From the NCBI GenBank assembly GCA_038210985.1, contig JBBQWB010000004.1, positions 7,456 through 71,455 of the forward strand: a DNA stretch of 64,000 nt, read 5' to 3'. The position numbers were made by a program, and so were the translations under genes. The notes beneath the pieces were generated by a model. That model made no database searches, was not told the DNA's origin, and saw only the letters and a list, made by a program, of their open reading frames with translations. The stretch comes from Bacteroidales bacterium (GTDB lineage Bacteria > Bacteroidota > Bacteroidia > Bacteroidales > WCHB1-69). Each line of letters begins with the position of its first letter. The first letter of the stretch is position 1. Shown one piece after another: positions 56,712 to 64,000 of this stretch.

Positions 56712-57584
56712 ATGATTAAGTCAATGACGGGTTTTGGTCGCGAATCATATTCGTGCCAAAACAAAATTGTCAACATCGAAATACGCACTTTAAACAGCAA
56801 ATATCTTGATTTGAATTTAAAACTTCCAAATTTTATTCGTGAACGAGAAACGGAAATTCGCAATATTATTTCGGCTGAGTTAGAAAGAGGAAAAATAGAA
56901 GTTTCTGTTTCTTTGGAAGGTGGACAATCATCGAATGTTGTGATTAATCAAACCGTTTTTGAATCTTATTTTAAGGAACTAAAGTTGATGTCGGAAAAAA
57001 TGGACAACCCATTTCAAACCGATATTTTTAGCATAGTAATGCGTTTTCCTGACATTTACAATAAAGAACAAGAAAATATCGACGACTCTGAATGGAAAAT
57101 GTTTGAACAACATCTGTTAATTGCTTGCAATAAAGTGAACGAATTTCGTTTATCCGAAGGCAAAATTTTAAAAGAAAAAATGGAAGAAAACATTGCTAAA
57201 ATTCGCACTTTACTCGATGCTATTTCTCCTTTTGAAGAAAGCAGGGTGGCATCTATTCGCGAACGAATTTTAAAACATATCGACCATTTTTTAACCGATA
57301 GTCAGGCAGATAAAAATCGTTTTGAGCAAGAAATCATATATTATCTTGAAAAACTCGACATTACCGAAGAAAAAGTGAGATTACTGAAACACCTCAACTT
57401 TTTTAACGATAGCCTAGACGAGCCAAAATCGAATGGGAAAAAACTTGGGTTTGTTGCACAGGAAATAGGCAGAGAAGTAAACACTTTAGGCTCTAAAGCC
57501 AACCACTTCGAAATTCAGCAAATGGTAGTTAATATGAAAGACGAATTGGAGCAAATTAAAGAACAATTAGGTAATATTTTATAA
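56712..57584 (+). CDS. yicC: YicC family stress-induced protein (endoribonuclease)
   Basis: MIKSMTGFGRE is the canonical N-terminus. C-terminal GRE.NTLGSKA motif. Start moved to ATG 56712. Confidence 0.88.
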   Translation: MIKSMTGFGRESYSCQNKIVNIEIRTLNSKYLDLNLKLPNFIRERETEIRNIISAELERGKIEVSVSLEGGQSSNVVINQTVFESYFKELKLMSEKMDNPFQTDIFSIVMRFPDIYNKEQENIDDSEWKMFEQHLLIACNKVNEFRLSEGKILKEKMEENIAKIRTLLDAISPFEESRVASIRERILKHIDHFLTDSQADKNRFEQEIIYYLEKLDITEEKVRLLKHLNFFNDSLDEPKSNGKKLGFVAQEIGREVNTLGSKANHFEIQQMVVNMKDELEQIKEQLGNIL

Positions 57585-57591
57585 CTCGAAC

Positions 57592-58569
57592 ATGGAACTT
57601 TATCCTTTAAAATTTAAACCCATCTATTTTGATAAAATATGGGGAGGCACTCGATTAAAAGATTTTTTTCAACGGTCAGATATTAAATCGACCAACTGTG
57701 GCGAATCGTGGGAAATATCCGGTGTTGAAAATCACGAAAGTGTTGTAAAAAATGGATTTTTAGAAGGAAATTCGCTCAACGATTTGATTGAAATCTATAT
57801 GGATGAATTGCTTGGAGAACATGTTTATGAGCAATTTGGAAATCAATTTCCTTTATTGCTTAAATTTATTGATGCCAACGATGATTTATCTGTTCAAGTT
57901 CATCCCAATGATGATTTGGCGTTTGAACGCCATAAAAGCTATGGTAAAACCGAGTTGTGGCACATTATAAATGCTGAAAAAAACGCCTCTATCATCAATG
58001 GATTTAATAAAGACCTAACAAAGGAAGAATATCTTACTCAACTTAATCAAAAGAAGATTACCGATATATTAAAAACCGTTCCTGTTGAAACTGGCGACTC
58101 CATTTTTATTCCGGCAGGTAGAGTTCATGCAATTGGAAAAGGAATATTATTAGCCGAAATTCAGCAAACATCCGATATTACTTACCGAATTTACGACTGG
58201 GACCGAGTGGACGACAAAGGTAAGCCTCGCGAATTACATACCGAACAAGCACTGGATGCAATTGATTTTTCGGCACCAAAAGAAACAAAAATTAAACATA
58301 AAACAGAGCTTAACAAAACTTCAAATATTGCAAATTGCCCATATTTTTCGTGCAATATTTTGCAATTTGACAAAACACTAGAAAAAGTTTATGTTGGCAT
58401 CGATTCATTTGTTATTTATATGGTTGTGGATGGAGCTTTTGCTTTGCATTACGAAGAACAATCCGAAATATTAAGAAGTGGCGATACAATTCTTATCCCT
58501 GCTTCGATTGAAGAAATTACTCTTGAACCTATTATTCCCTCTAAAGTATTGGAAATATATATTCCTTAA
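57592..58569 (+). CDS. manA: Class I mannose-6-phosphate isomerase
   Basis: PLKF.PIY..KIWGG, LSVQVHPND, TELWHI, and the cupin motif PAGRVHAIG. Confidence 0.85.
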   Translation: MELYPLKFKPIYFDKIWGGTRLKDFFQRSDIKSTNCGESWEISGVENHESVVKNGFLEGNSLNDLIEIYMDELLGEHVYEQFGNQFPLLLKFIDANDDLSVQVHPNDDLAFERHKSYGKTELWHIINAEKNASIINGFNKDLTKEEYLTQLNQKKITDILKTVPVETGDSIFIPAGRVHAIGKGILLAEIQQTSDITYRIYDWDRVDDKGKPRELHTEQALDAIDFSAPKETKIKHKTELNKTSNIANCPYFSCNILQFDKTLEKVYVGIDSFVIYMVVDGAFALHYEEQSEILRSGDTILIPASIEEITLEPIIPSKVLEIYIP

Positions 58570-59795
58570 TGAATTATTCTATGAATCTTCCAGAAATAAA
58601 AATGGATGACTACGATTATGGTCTTCCCGATAAAAAAATTGCCCTATTTCCTGCAGATGTTCGTTCGGCTTCTAAATTGCTTTTTTACAACAAGGGCAAT
58701 TTATCCGACCATTTTTTTTCAGATATTTCCACGCTGATTCCTCAAAACAGCTTTTTAGTATTTAACAATACAAAGGTTATTCCCGCTAGAATTGTTTTTT
58801 ATAAAGATAATGGTACTCGCATTGAAGTTTTTTGCTTAGAACCTTTAGATGAAAATAAAGAATTTCAAAAAGCATTAAAACTTACTAAAACTGCCAATTG
58901 GAAATGTTTAGTTGGAAATTTAAAACGTTGGAAAGAACCAATTTCAATGAAAATTCCTTTTCAGGATTCCATCATTACACTAACCGCTAGTTTGCTCGAA
59001 CGAACAGATGAAACTGCTATCGTATGCTTTAATTGGAATCCCGAAAATTTAGATTTTGCCACCGTTTTGAATTATGCAGGAAAAATCCCTTTGCCACCAT
59101 ATATTAAAAGAGAAAACGTTTTATTGGATAACGACAGATACCAAACTGTTTACGCTAACCACAAAGGCTCGGTTGCGGCTCCAACTGCTGGACTGCACTT
59201 TACACCCGAAATATTAAACGATTTGACTAAAAAAAACATTCTAATGGATTTCGTTACCCTGCACGTTGGTGCTGGAACATTTAAACCAGTTTCTTCTACC
59301 ACCGCTCAAGAGCATACCATGCATCACGAAACCATTATTTTAGGTAAAAAATTATTATTAAATTTATTAAACAACACCGACAAAACAATATTTTCCGTTG
59401 GAACAACTTCTGCTCGGTCGCTTGAAAGTTTGTATTGGATTGCGTTAAAAAATTTCAGAAACAAAACTAATGATGATTTCAAACTCGAACAATGGGAGGC
59501 ATATTCATTAAACGACAGGGATTTTTCTTTTGAAAACGCATTAAGTTTTTTAATAGATATTCTTGATAAATCAATTAGGAATGAAATTATTGCACAAACT
59601 TCCTTAATGATAATTCCTGGATACAAGCATAAAGCAGTAAAAGGATTAATTACAAACTTTCATCAACCACGAAGCACCTTGTTATTGCTTTTAGCTTCTT
59701 TTATAGATGATAAATGGAAACTCATGTACAAACATGCGTTAAACAACAATTACCGCTTTTTAAGTTACGGAGATTCTACGTTGATTATACCGTAA
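58569..59795 (+). CDS. queA: tRNA preQ1(34) S-adenosylmethionine ribosyltransferase-isomerase
   Basis: DYDYGLPDKKIALFPA..RSASKLL, TVYA...GSVAAPTAGLHFT, TNFHQPRSTLL. TAATG overlap with the manA stop. Confidence 0.9.
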   Translation: MNYSMNLPEIKMDDYDYGLPDKKIALFPADVRSASKLLFYNKGNLSDHFFSDISTLIPQNSFLVFNNTKVIPARIVFYKDNGTRIEVFCLEPLDENKEFQKALKLTKTANWKCLVGNLKRWKEPISMKIPFQDSIITLTASLLERTDETAIVCFNWNPENLDFATVLNYAGKIPLPPYIKRENVLLDNDRYQTVYANHKGSVAAPTAGLHFTPEILNDLTKKNILMDFVTLHVGAGTFKPVSSTTAQEHTMHHETIILGKKLLLNLLNNTDKTIFSVGTTSARSLESLYWIALKNFRNKTNDDFKLEQWEAYSLNDRDFSFENALSFLIDILDKSIRNEIIAQTSLMIIPGYKHKAVKGLITNFHQPRSTLLLLLASFIDDKWKLMYKHALNNNYRFLSYGDSTLIIP

Positions 59796-59823
59796 AACTA
59801 TAATTCAACAAAATTAAATTCAT

Positions 59824-59958
59824 CTTGCAGTCATCCTAAGTCAGATCGGAAAAATGTAAATATTCCCTTGCAGTCATCCTAATTCGCCACGGCGAAGTCG
59901 AAGGATGCGTAAACCTTACGCATTCATGCTTTGACTTCGCCGTGGCGAATCAGCATAA
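59824..59958. repeat. Palindromic intergenic element, copy 3 (long stem), preceded by a 16-bp direct repeat
   Basis: ATTCGCCACGGCGAAGTCGAAG (59882-59903) pairs with CTTTGACTTCGCCGTGGCGAAT (59929-59950) with one mismatch. Inner stem GATGCGTAA/TTACGCAT. CTTGCAGTCATCCTAA occurs at 59824-59839 and 59867-59882. Confidence 0.9.
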
Positions 59959-59982
59959 CCAAGCACCACCAATCAATTAATA

Positions 59983-60312
59983 TTATATTTCTTGAAAAGA
60001 ATCTTTTCCTTCAAGACGTTCCAATTCACTATCGAACGTAAGGTTTAAATATGGGATTATGGCTGGGTCGTGGTTTGCAATAATATTTAAATCGAAAATC
60101 TTTCCATTTTCTTCATCATCTGCATACTCTTGTGTTTCAGTTCCTGCCAATAAACGCCATCCACTATCATTTTCCTTGTCTCCTTCTTCACGATACATAT
60201 ACCCAACCTTTGCACCTTCTAGTGTTATTTTATTTGACACAATGCAAAAACCCATGGGTTTAATAACTTGCGGAATGTTTTCAATTGGAATTACTATTTT
60301 ATCTTCGTGCAT
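59983..60312 (-). CDS. DUF2185/Imm33-like small protein
   Basis: 109 aa. KVGYMYREEGDKENDSGWRLLAGTETQEY...LNIIANHDPAIIPYL matches my recollection of the DUF2185 (Imm33) signature. Confidence 0.5.
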   Translation of the reverse strand: MHEDKIVIPIENIPQVIKPMGFCIVSNKITLEGAKVGYMYREEGDKENDSGWRLLAGTETQEYADDEENGKIFDLNIIANHDPAIIPYLNLTFDSELERLEGKDSFQEI

Positions 60313-60351
60313 AAAAATGGAGTTTTTAAATAATTAATACGGCATAAAAGT

Positions 60352-60384
60352 ATAAAAAAAACACACCCCTTGTGGAATGTGTTT
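60352..60384 (-). terminator. Rho-independent terminator after the RRM gene
   Basis: On the minus strand: AAACACA-loop-TGTGTTT followed by TTTTTTTT. Confidence 0.55.
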
Positions 60385-60418
60385 CTTTAGCGTTATTTTT
60401 GGTTACGAGAAAATACTA

Positions 60419-60745
60419 TTAGTAATTTCTTTGACCGTAGTTTCTATTTCCGCCTCTGTCACCACCTCTATCACCGCCTCTTTGGAAGCCGCCTCTAGAT
60501 TCTTTTTTTTCTTCAGCTTTGTTAACTACGATGGCACGACCATTTACTTCAGCGCCGTTTAATTCGTCAATAGCTTGTTGAGCTTGAGCGTCGTCAGACA
60601 TTTCAACAAATCCAAAACCTTTACTACGTCCTGAAAATTTGTCCTTAATAATTTTGGCGTCAGTAACTTCGCCGTACTCTTCAAATAATTCCTTTAAATC
60701 ACCATCCTGCATGCTAAAAGGAAGACTTCCACAAAAAATGTTCAT
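60419..60745 (-). CDS. RRM-type RNA-binding protein with a Gly/Arg-rich tail
   Basis: MNIFCGSLPF (RNP-2) and KGFGFVEM (RNP-1). C-terminal RGGFQRGGDRGGDRGGNR. Start moved to ATG 60745. Confidence 0.9.
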   Translation of the reverse strand: MNIFCGSLPFSMQDGDLKELFEEYGEVTDAKIIKDKFSGRSKGFGFVEMSDDAQAQQAIDELNGAEVNGRAIVVNKAEEKKESRGGFQRGGDRGGDRGGNRNYGQRNY

Positions 60746-60778
60746 AATAAAATTTCTAATTAATTCATATTTACGGCA

Positions 60779-60786
60779 CAAATGTA
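60779..60786 (-). promoter_or_regulatory. Candidate -7 box TACATTTG for the RRM gene
   Basis: The reverse complement of CAAATGTA matches TAnnTTTG. Its TTG is the track's start codon at 60781. Confidence 0.45.
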
Positions 60787-61157
60787 CACTTAATTATTTT
60801 GTAAAACTATATTTATTTTCATTTTACTGAAAAAATTATAAAAAAAAAGGTTTTGACTCTTAAAACTAATCATTAGAGTCTGTCCTTAGAGTCGAAAAAC
60901 AAGAGCAACGTGTGTTGGTTGTTTTTTAATATTTACAATACTAGTGGCTGTCTAGAATGTTATTCACCCAAAAGTTTTATGACACATTCAAAAAGTTGCT
61001 TGTGAGAAAAATAATTCCGATAATATTCAGCATGATTTTGAATACACAGTATAACAAAATCATATTGCTGAATACAAATCGGAATTCGAGAACGAGGCAT
61101 TTTTGAAAATTTTTATGGGATTCCCGAGTTAGGTTTTGTAAGTTTTCAACGCCTTCA

Positions 61158-61180
61158 TTGCCCCAACCCTGAAGGGTGGA
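61158..61180 (+). repeat. Third copy of the conserved core TTGCCCCA(A/G)CCCT(G/C)AAGGGTG(A/G)A
   Basis: TTGCCCCAACCCTGAAGGGTGGA here, against 40204-40226 (+) and 13270-13290 (inverted, more diverged). Confidence 0.7.
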
Positions 61181-61270
61181 AGTCGTTGAATTTCAATATT
61201 TTATTTATCTGAATGACGAGGAATCTTGGCGAAAATAACGTTATTATCGGACTTTATAGACGGACACTAA

Positions 61271-61831
61271 TTATAAGGGGAAATAGCCTTGCTCTATCCT
61301 AATAACCAAATCATGTGGTTTTAACAATCTCCAATCAATAAACTTTTCATTCTCATCAAATTGAATATAATAATTGATATGAGCTTTTTTAAATTCATGA
61401 ACTACATGCGGGAGAAAACCCAATCCTACAATCCAACCAGGATTAATATCATCAAACCATTCTTGGTAATAATCATCTTCCGAATAATGGAAATTTAGAA
61501 CATTCTCGCCGATTAAAATAAATTTAGAAATTCCCTTATCTATCAAAATATCAATAATATTTCGCTTTAAATACATAATGTCGTTATACAAACAATCGTT
61601 CCATTCGCCAATAAATTCGATGATACAAAAACCCAAATCATAGTCGGAATACAGAATTTTTAAATACAAAGTACGTGAACCAAAAAAATCCCATTGTGGA
61701 TGAATATAGTAATTATAGATAGTATTTGAAAAATAAATTTCGCTATACGATTTTTGGTAAAAAGGCGAATTTTCATCTTCTTCGGTAGAGTAATAATCTC
61801 TCCAATTCCAAAATGGCTCAATATGATGCAT
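61271..61831 (-). CDS. Hypothetical acidic Trp/Tyr-rich cytoplasmic protein (186 aa)
   Basis: Clean ORF, 5 nt downstream of the lipoprotein gene. No signal peptide. No family recognised. Confidence 0.55.
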   Translation of the reverse strand: MHHIEPFWNWRDYYSTEEDENSPFYQKSYSEIYFSNTIYNYYIHPQWDFFGSRTLYLKILYSDYDLGFCIIEFIGEWNDCLYNDIMYLKRNIIDILIDKGISKFILIGENVLNFHYSEDDYYQEWFDDINPGWIVGLGFLPHVVHEFKKAHINYYIQFDENEKFIDWRLLKPHDLVIRIEQGYFPL

Positions 61832-61836
61832 TCTAC

Positions 61837-62517
61837 TTAATAATTAATGGAGATTTCGGTAGTATCAAATGCAGTACAAAATATATTTTGGTTATACGAT
61901 TGTATCGTATTATCCTTTTTAACAACCCATGTTACTTTTGCATTTGCATTTCCCTTTAGCTTACAAATAAGCACGTTGGAATAAATAGAACCATATCCAA
62001 TAGTTGAAGAATTATTGCAACAATCAAAACAAGTAAAGGGCTCATTATTATCGTATTTATAGGATATTTGATCGTTGTCGTCGTATGGGTTAATATTATT
62101 TACCGAAATTTTAATCCATGCTACAGGATGAATTACTAAGTTTTTATTCACATCTGCACCCGAAGGGATATCATTGGCTAAGTAATTGAACGAATTATCA
62201 AAATAATTTTGTTTAAACAGCTTTATTTTGTATTTATCCACCACTTTCCACTCCGTAGAAATTTCGTAACTTCCACTGCTATTTGTATTTGAAGATGCCA
62301 TATCCGAAAACCCAGAAGAAAACGAGCCTCCTTCGAGCAATGTTCCTTGTAAACCAACTTTAACTCCAGAAACCTTATTTCCAGCGGCATCTGAAACAGA
62401 GCCCCAAATTTTAATTGTCTTTGGTTCCTTTTTACACGATGTTTCCAACACAAATACACTAATTAGCACGAAAAGAAAAACGTACAAATAGCGTCTATTT
62501 AACAATGGTTTTTTCAT
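61837..62517 (-). CDS. Putative lipoprotein with an N-terminal carboxypeptidase-regulatory-like (transthyretin-fold) domain
   Basis: Signal peptide ending ...VLETSC (lipobox-like). IWGSVSDAAGNKVSGVKVGLQG is typical of the CarboxypepD_reg fold. Cys-rich C-terminal half. Confidence 0.55.
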   Translation of the reverse strand: MKKPLLNRRYLYVFLFVLISVFVLETSCKKEPKTIKIWGSVSDAAGNKVSGVKVGLQGTLLEGGSFSSGFSDMASSNTNSSGSYEISTEWKVVDKYKIKLFKQNYFDNSFNYLANDIPSGADVNKNLVIHPVAWIKISVNNINPYDDNDQISYKYDNNEPFTCFDCCNNSSTIGYGSIYSNVLICKLKGNANAKVTWVVKKDNTIQSYNQNIFCTAFDTTEISINY

Positions 62518-62564
62518 AATAAATGAATTTTGTATTAAATTATTATGGAAGTTTCAAGAATATT

Positions 62565-63371
62565 CTAAAAACTAAATGCAATCCCAATGTGGAAATTCAA
62601 TAAGCGAAATTGCTGTAACATTTGTTCTGTTTTTGGTTCGGGCAAAGTCCATTCGCGATTGTATTTTATTCGCATGTATTGCCATTCGAATCCAGCTTTA
62701 GCTTCAATATTTGAACGAAGTGCATATAAAAATTGGAATAAAAAACCAGCAGACCAACCTACCGAAAAAAACGAAATGTTGGAATACGAGTAATCTTTTC
62801 GAACATAACCCAAACTTGGAATTAGCAGGGTGTCGTAATATAATGCCGTTGTTTTCGGAACACTTGCTAAGACTATACCTGCGTTTGTAATAATTTGAGC
62901 ACTCACTCTTTCTTGAAGGGTAAAGTTAAATAATCCCGAAGCCATAACGGATGTAATTGCCCACGGAGGAGTAGTAGCGGCTTCTAGATGTTTAAATCGG
63001 GTGGTGTAAGTGCTTTTATTAACAGGCAAAAATGTTTGGCTAATATATAATCCAGCTCCTAATGTTGGCTGTCCTTTAAACAAAATATGTTGATAAAGAT
63101 GTGCTGTATATCCCATACCTGCATTTTGTTCAAATTTTAAATCCATTCCCGGATTGGCAATTCCAAGACCAAAACCTATGTTTAAAAATTTATCCTGTAC
63201 ACCACGGGGCAAGGTGTTTCGTCCACCTTTTCGAGCATTTTTAAAAGGACTTTTAGCAACACTAACTGTTTTGGTAGAATTTTTTTGCCTTCCTGTCACA
63301 ATTTGAGCAGTAACAGTGGATGTGCAAAAGAACAATACACATAAAAAAATTAATCCTACAGTTTTTTTCAT
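62565..63371 (-). CDS. Putative outer-membrane beta-barrel protein
   Basis: MKKTVGLIFLCVLFFCTSTVTAQ signal peptide (start at ATG 63371). Alternating hydrophobic strands. C-terminal ...GIAFSF. Confidence 0.55.
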   Translation of the reverse strand: MKKTVGLIFLCVLFFCTSTVTAQIVTGRQKNSTKTVSVAKSPFKNARKGGRNTLPRGVQDKFLNIGFGLGIANPGMDLKFEQNAGMGYTAHLYQHILFKGQPTLGAGLYISQTFLPVNKSTYTTRFKHLEAATTPPWAITSVMASGLFNFTLQERVSAQIITNAGIVLASVPKTTALYYDTLLIPSLGYVRKDYSYSNISFFSVGWSAGFLFQFLYALRSNIEAKAGFEWQYMRIKYNREWTLPEPKTEQMLQQFRLLNFHIGIAFSF

Positions 63372-63431
63372 ATCAAGAAATACTAGATAATACAATACAA
63401 AAGTATAAAATTAGGCTTACTAAATTGTGTT

Positions 63432-64000
63432 TTATAATTTATTTAACGTTGAGTCGTCCGAAAAAGTTTTCTGATTATAACTAGTCATTGTTTGTCCTAT
63501 GCCTGCGGTTGCAAAACTCAAAATAGCTTTTTCGGTTATTTCTATTTGTTTTTTAATTAATTGTATCTCATTTTCATCAAACTTGCTTAAAACATAATCC
63601 ACTTGATGACCTTGAGTATAATTTTTTCCAATACCAAATCTTAGTCGGGCAAAATCTTGATTTCCTAAAATTTCGATAATATCATTAATTCCATTGTGGG
63701 TACCGCCGCCACCTTTTGGTTTTATGCGAATAACGCCTACGTCTAAATCTATATCGTCAAAAACAACCATCATATTCTCCAGAGGAACGTTTTCTTTTTC
63801 CATCCAATATCTTACTGCTTTTCCACTAAGATTCATGTAGGTAGATGGTTTTACCAGAACAATTTGTCTGCCTTTATATTTAACTTGCGAAACGGATGCC
63901 AACCTATCTACCGAAAAAGCAACATTAAACTTTGCAGCAAAGGCATCTATAATCATAAACCCAATATTATGTCGGGTTTCATGATATTCGGCACCGATGT
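63432..64000 (-). CDS. pth: Peptidyl-tRNA hydrolase (5' end beyond the right window edge)
   Basis: The frame continues upstream of the track's Met: ...GAEYHETRHNIGFMIIDAF is the Pth catalytic His motif. GGGGTHNGINDI lies downstream. Confidence 0.9.
   Translation of the reverse strand, partial: IGAEYHETRHNIGFMIIDAFAAKFNVAFSVDRLASVSQVKYKGRQIVLVKPSTYMNLSGKAVRYWMEKENVPLENMMVVFDDIDLDVGVIRIKPKGGGGTHNGINDIIEILGNQDFARLRFGIGKNYTQGHQVDYVLSKFDENEIQLIKKQIEITEKAILSFATAGIGQTMTSYNQKTFSDDSTLNKL

Noticed and set aside
60855-60894. Hairpin and direct repeat (GACTCT...AGAGTC; TTAGAGTC x2) as a 5' leader of the RRM gene
   Set aside because: It lies upstream of the candidate -7 box (60779-60786), so it is probably not transcribed with the gene. 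The stem is only 6 bp.
62685-62693. TTCGAATCC, a tRNA T-arm-like string
   Set aside because: It lies inside a CDS, and no acceptor or anticodon stem can be built around it. No tRNA was found anywhere in the window.

Overview
AT-rich Bacteroidota-type chromosomal segment, judged from the BamA/OmpH/OmpH/UppS/DUF6089 block, T9SS C-terminal sorting domains and TAnnTTTG -7 promoter boxes. I call 46 protein-coding genes and saw no rRNA, tRNA or CRISPR. Most genes are housekeeping: rplU-rpmA, panCD, buk-ptb, the bamA cluster, mutS2, lpdA, ubiX, nadD-gmk, yicC-manA-queA and pth. Three things stand out. (1) The first 7.5 kb is not empty as the ORF track suggests. It is one uninterrupted minus-strand ORF (ATG at 7553, runs off the left edge, at least 2517 codons) built from about 25 tandem ~97-aa Cys-containing modules, with an alternating A/B super-repeat in the part nearest the edge. 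(2) A tightly packed minus-strand cluster (39807 down to 28255) encodes a double beta-propeller T9SS cargo, tadA (ATGA-coupled to it), a PorV/PorQ-like barrel, a 1669-aa C25 (PorU-like) peptidase and deoC. The barrel precedes the peptidase, so this is a candidate second or variant T9SS sorting module. (3) A mosaic of dispersed repeat families is confined to intergenic gaps: a ~280-bp element with perfect 11-bp terminal inverted repeats, a long palindrome with 22-nt arms (ATTCGCCACGGCGAAGTCGAAG), and a 2+2 inverted array of a 25-bp motif. Several track ORFs start at TTG codons that are really the TTG of promoter -7 boxes, and I give corrected starts. All family names come from motif recognition by eye; no database search was possible.
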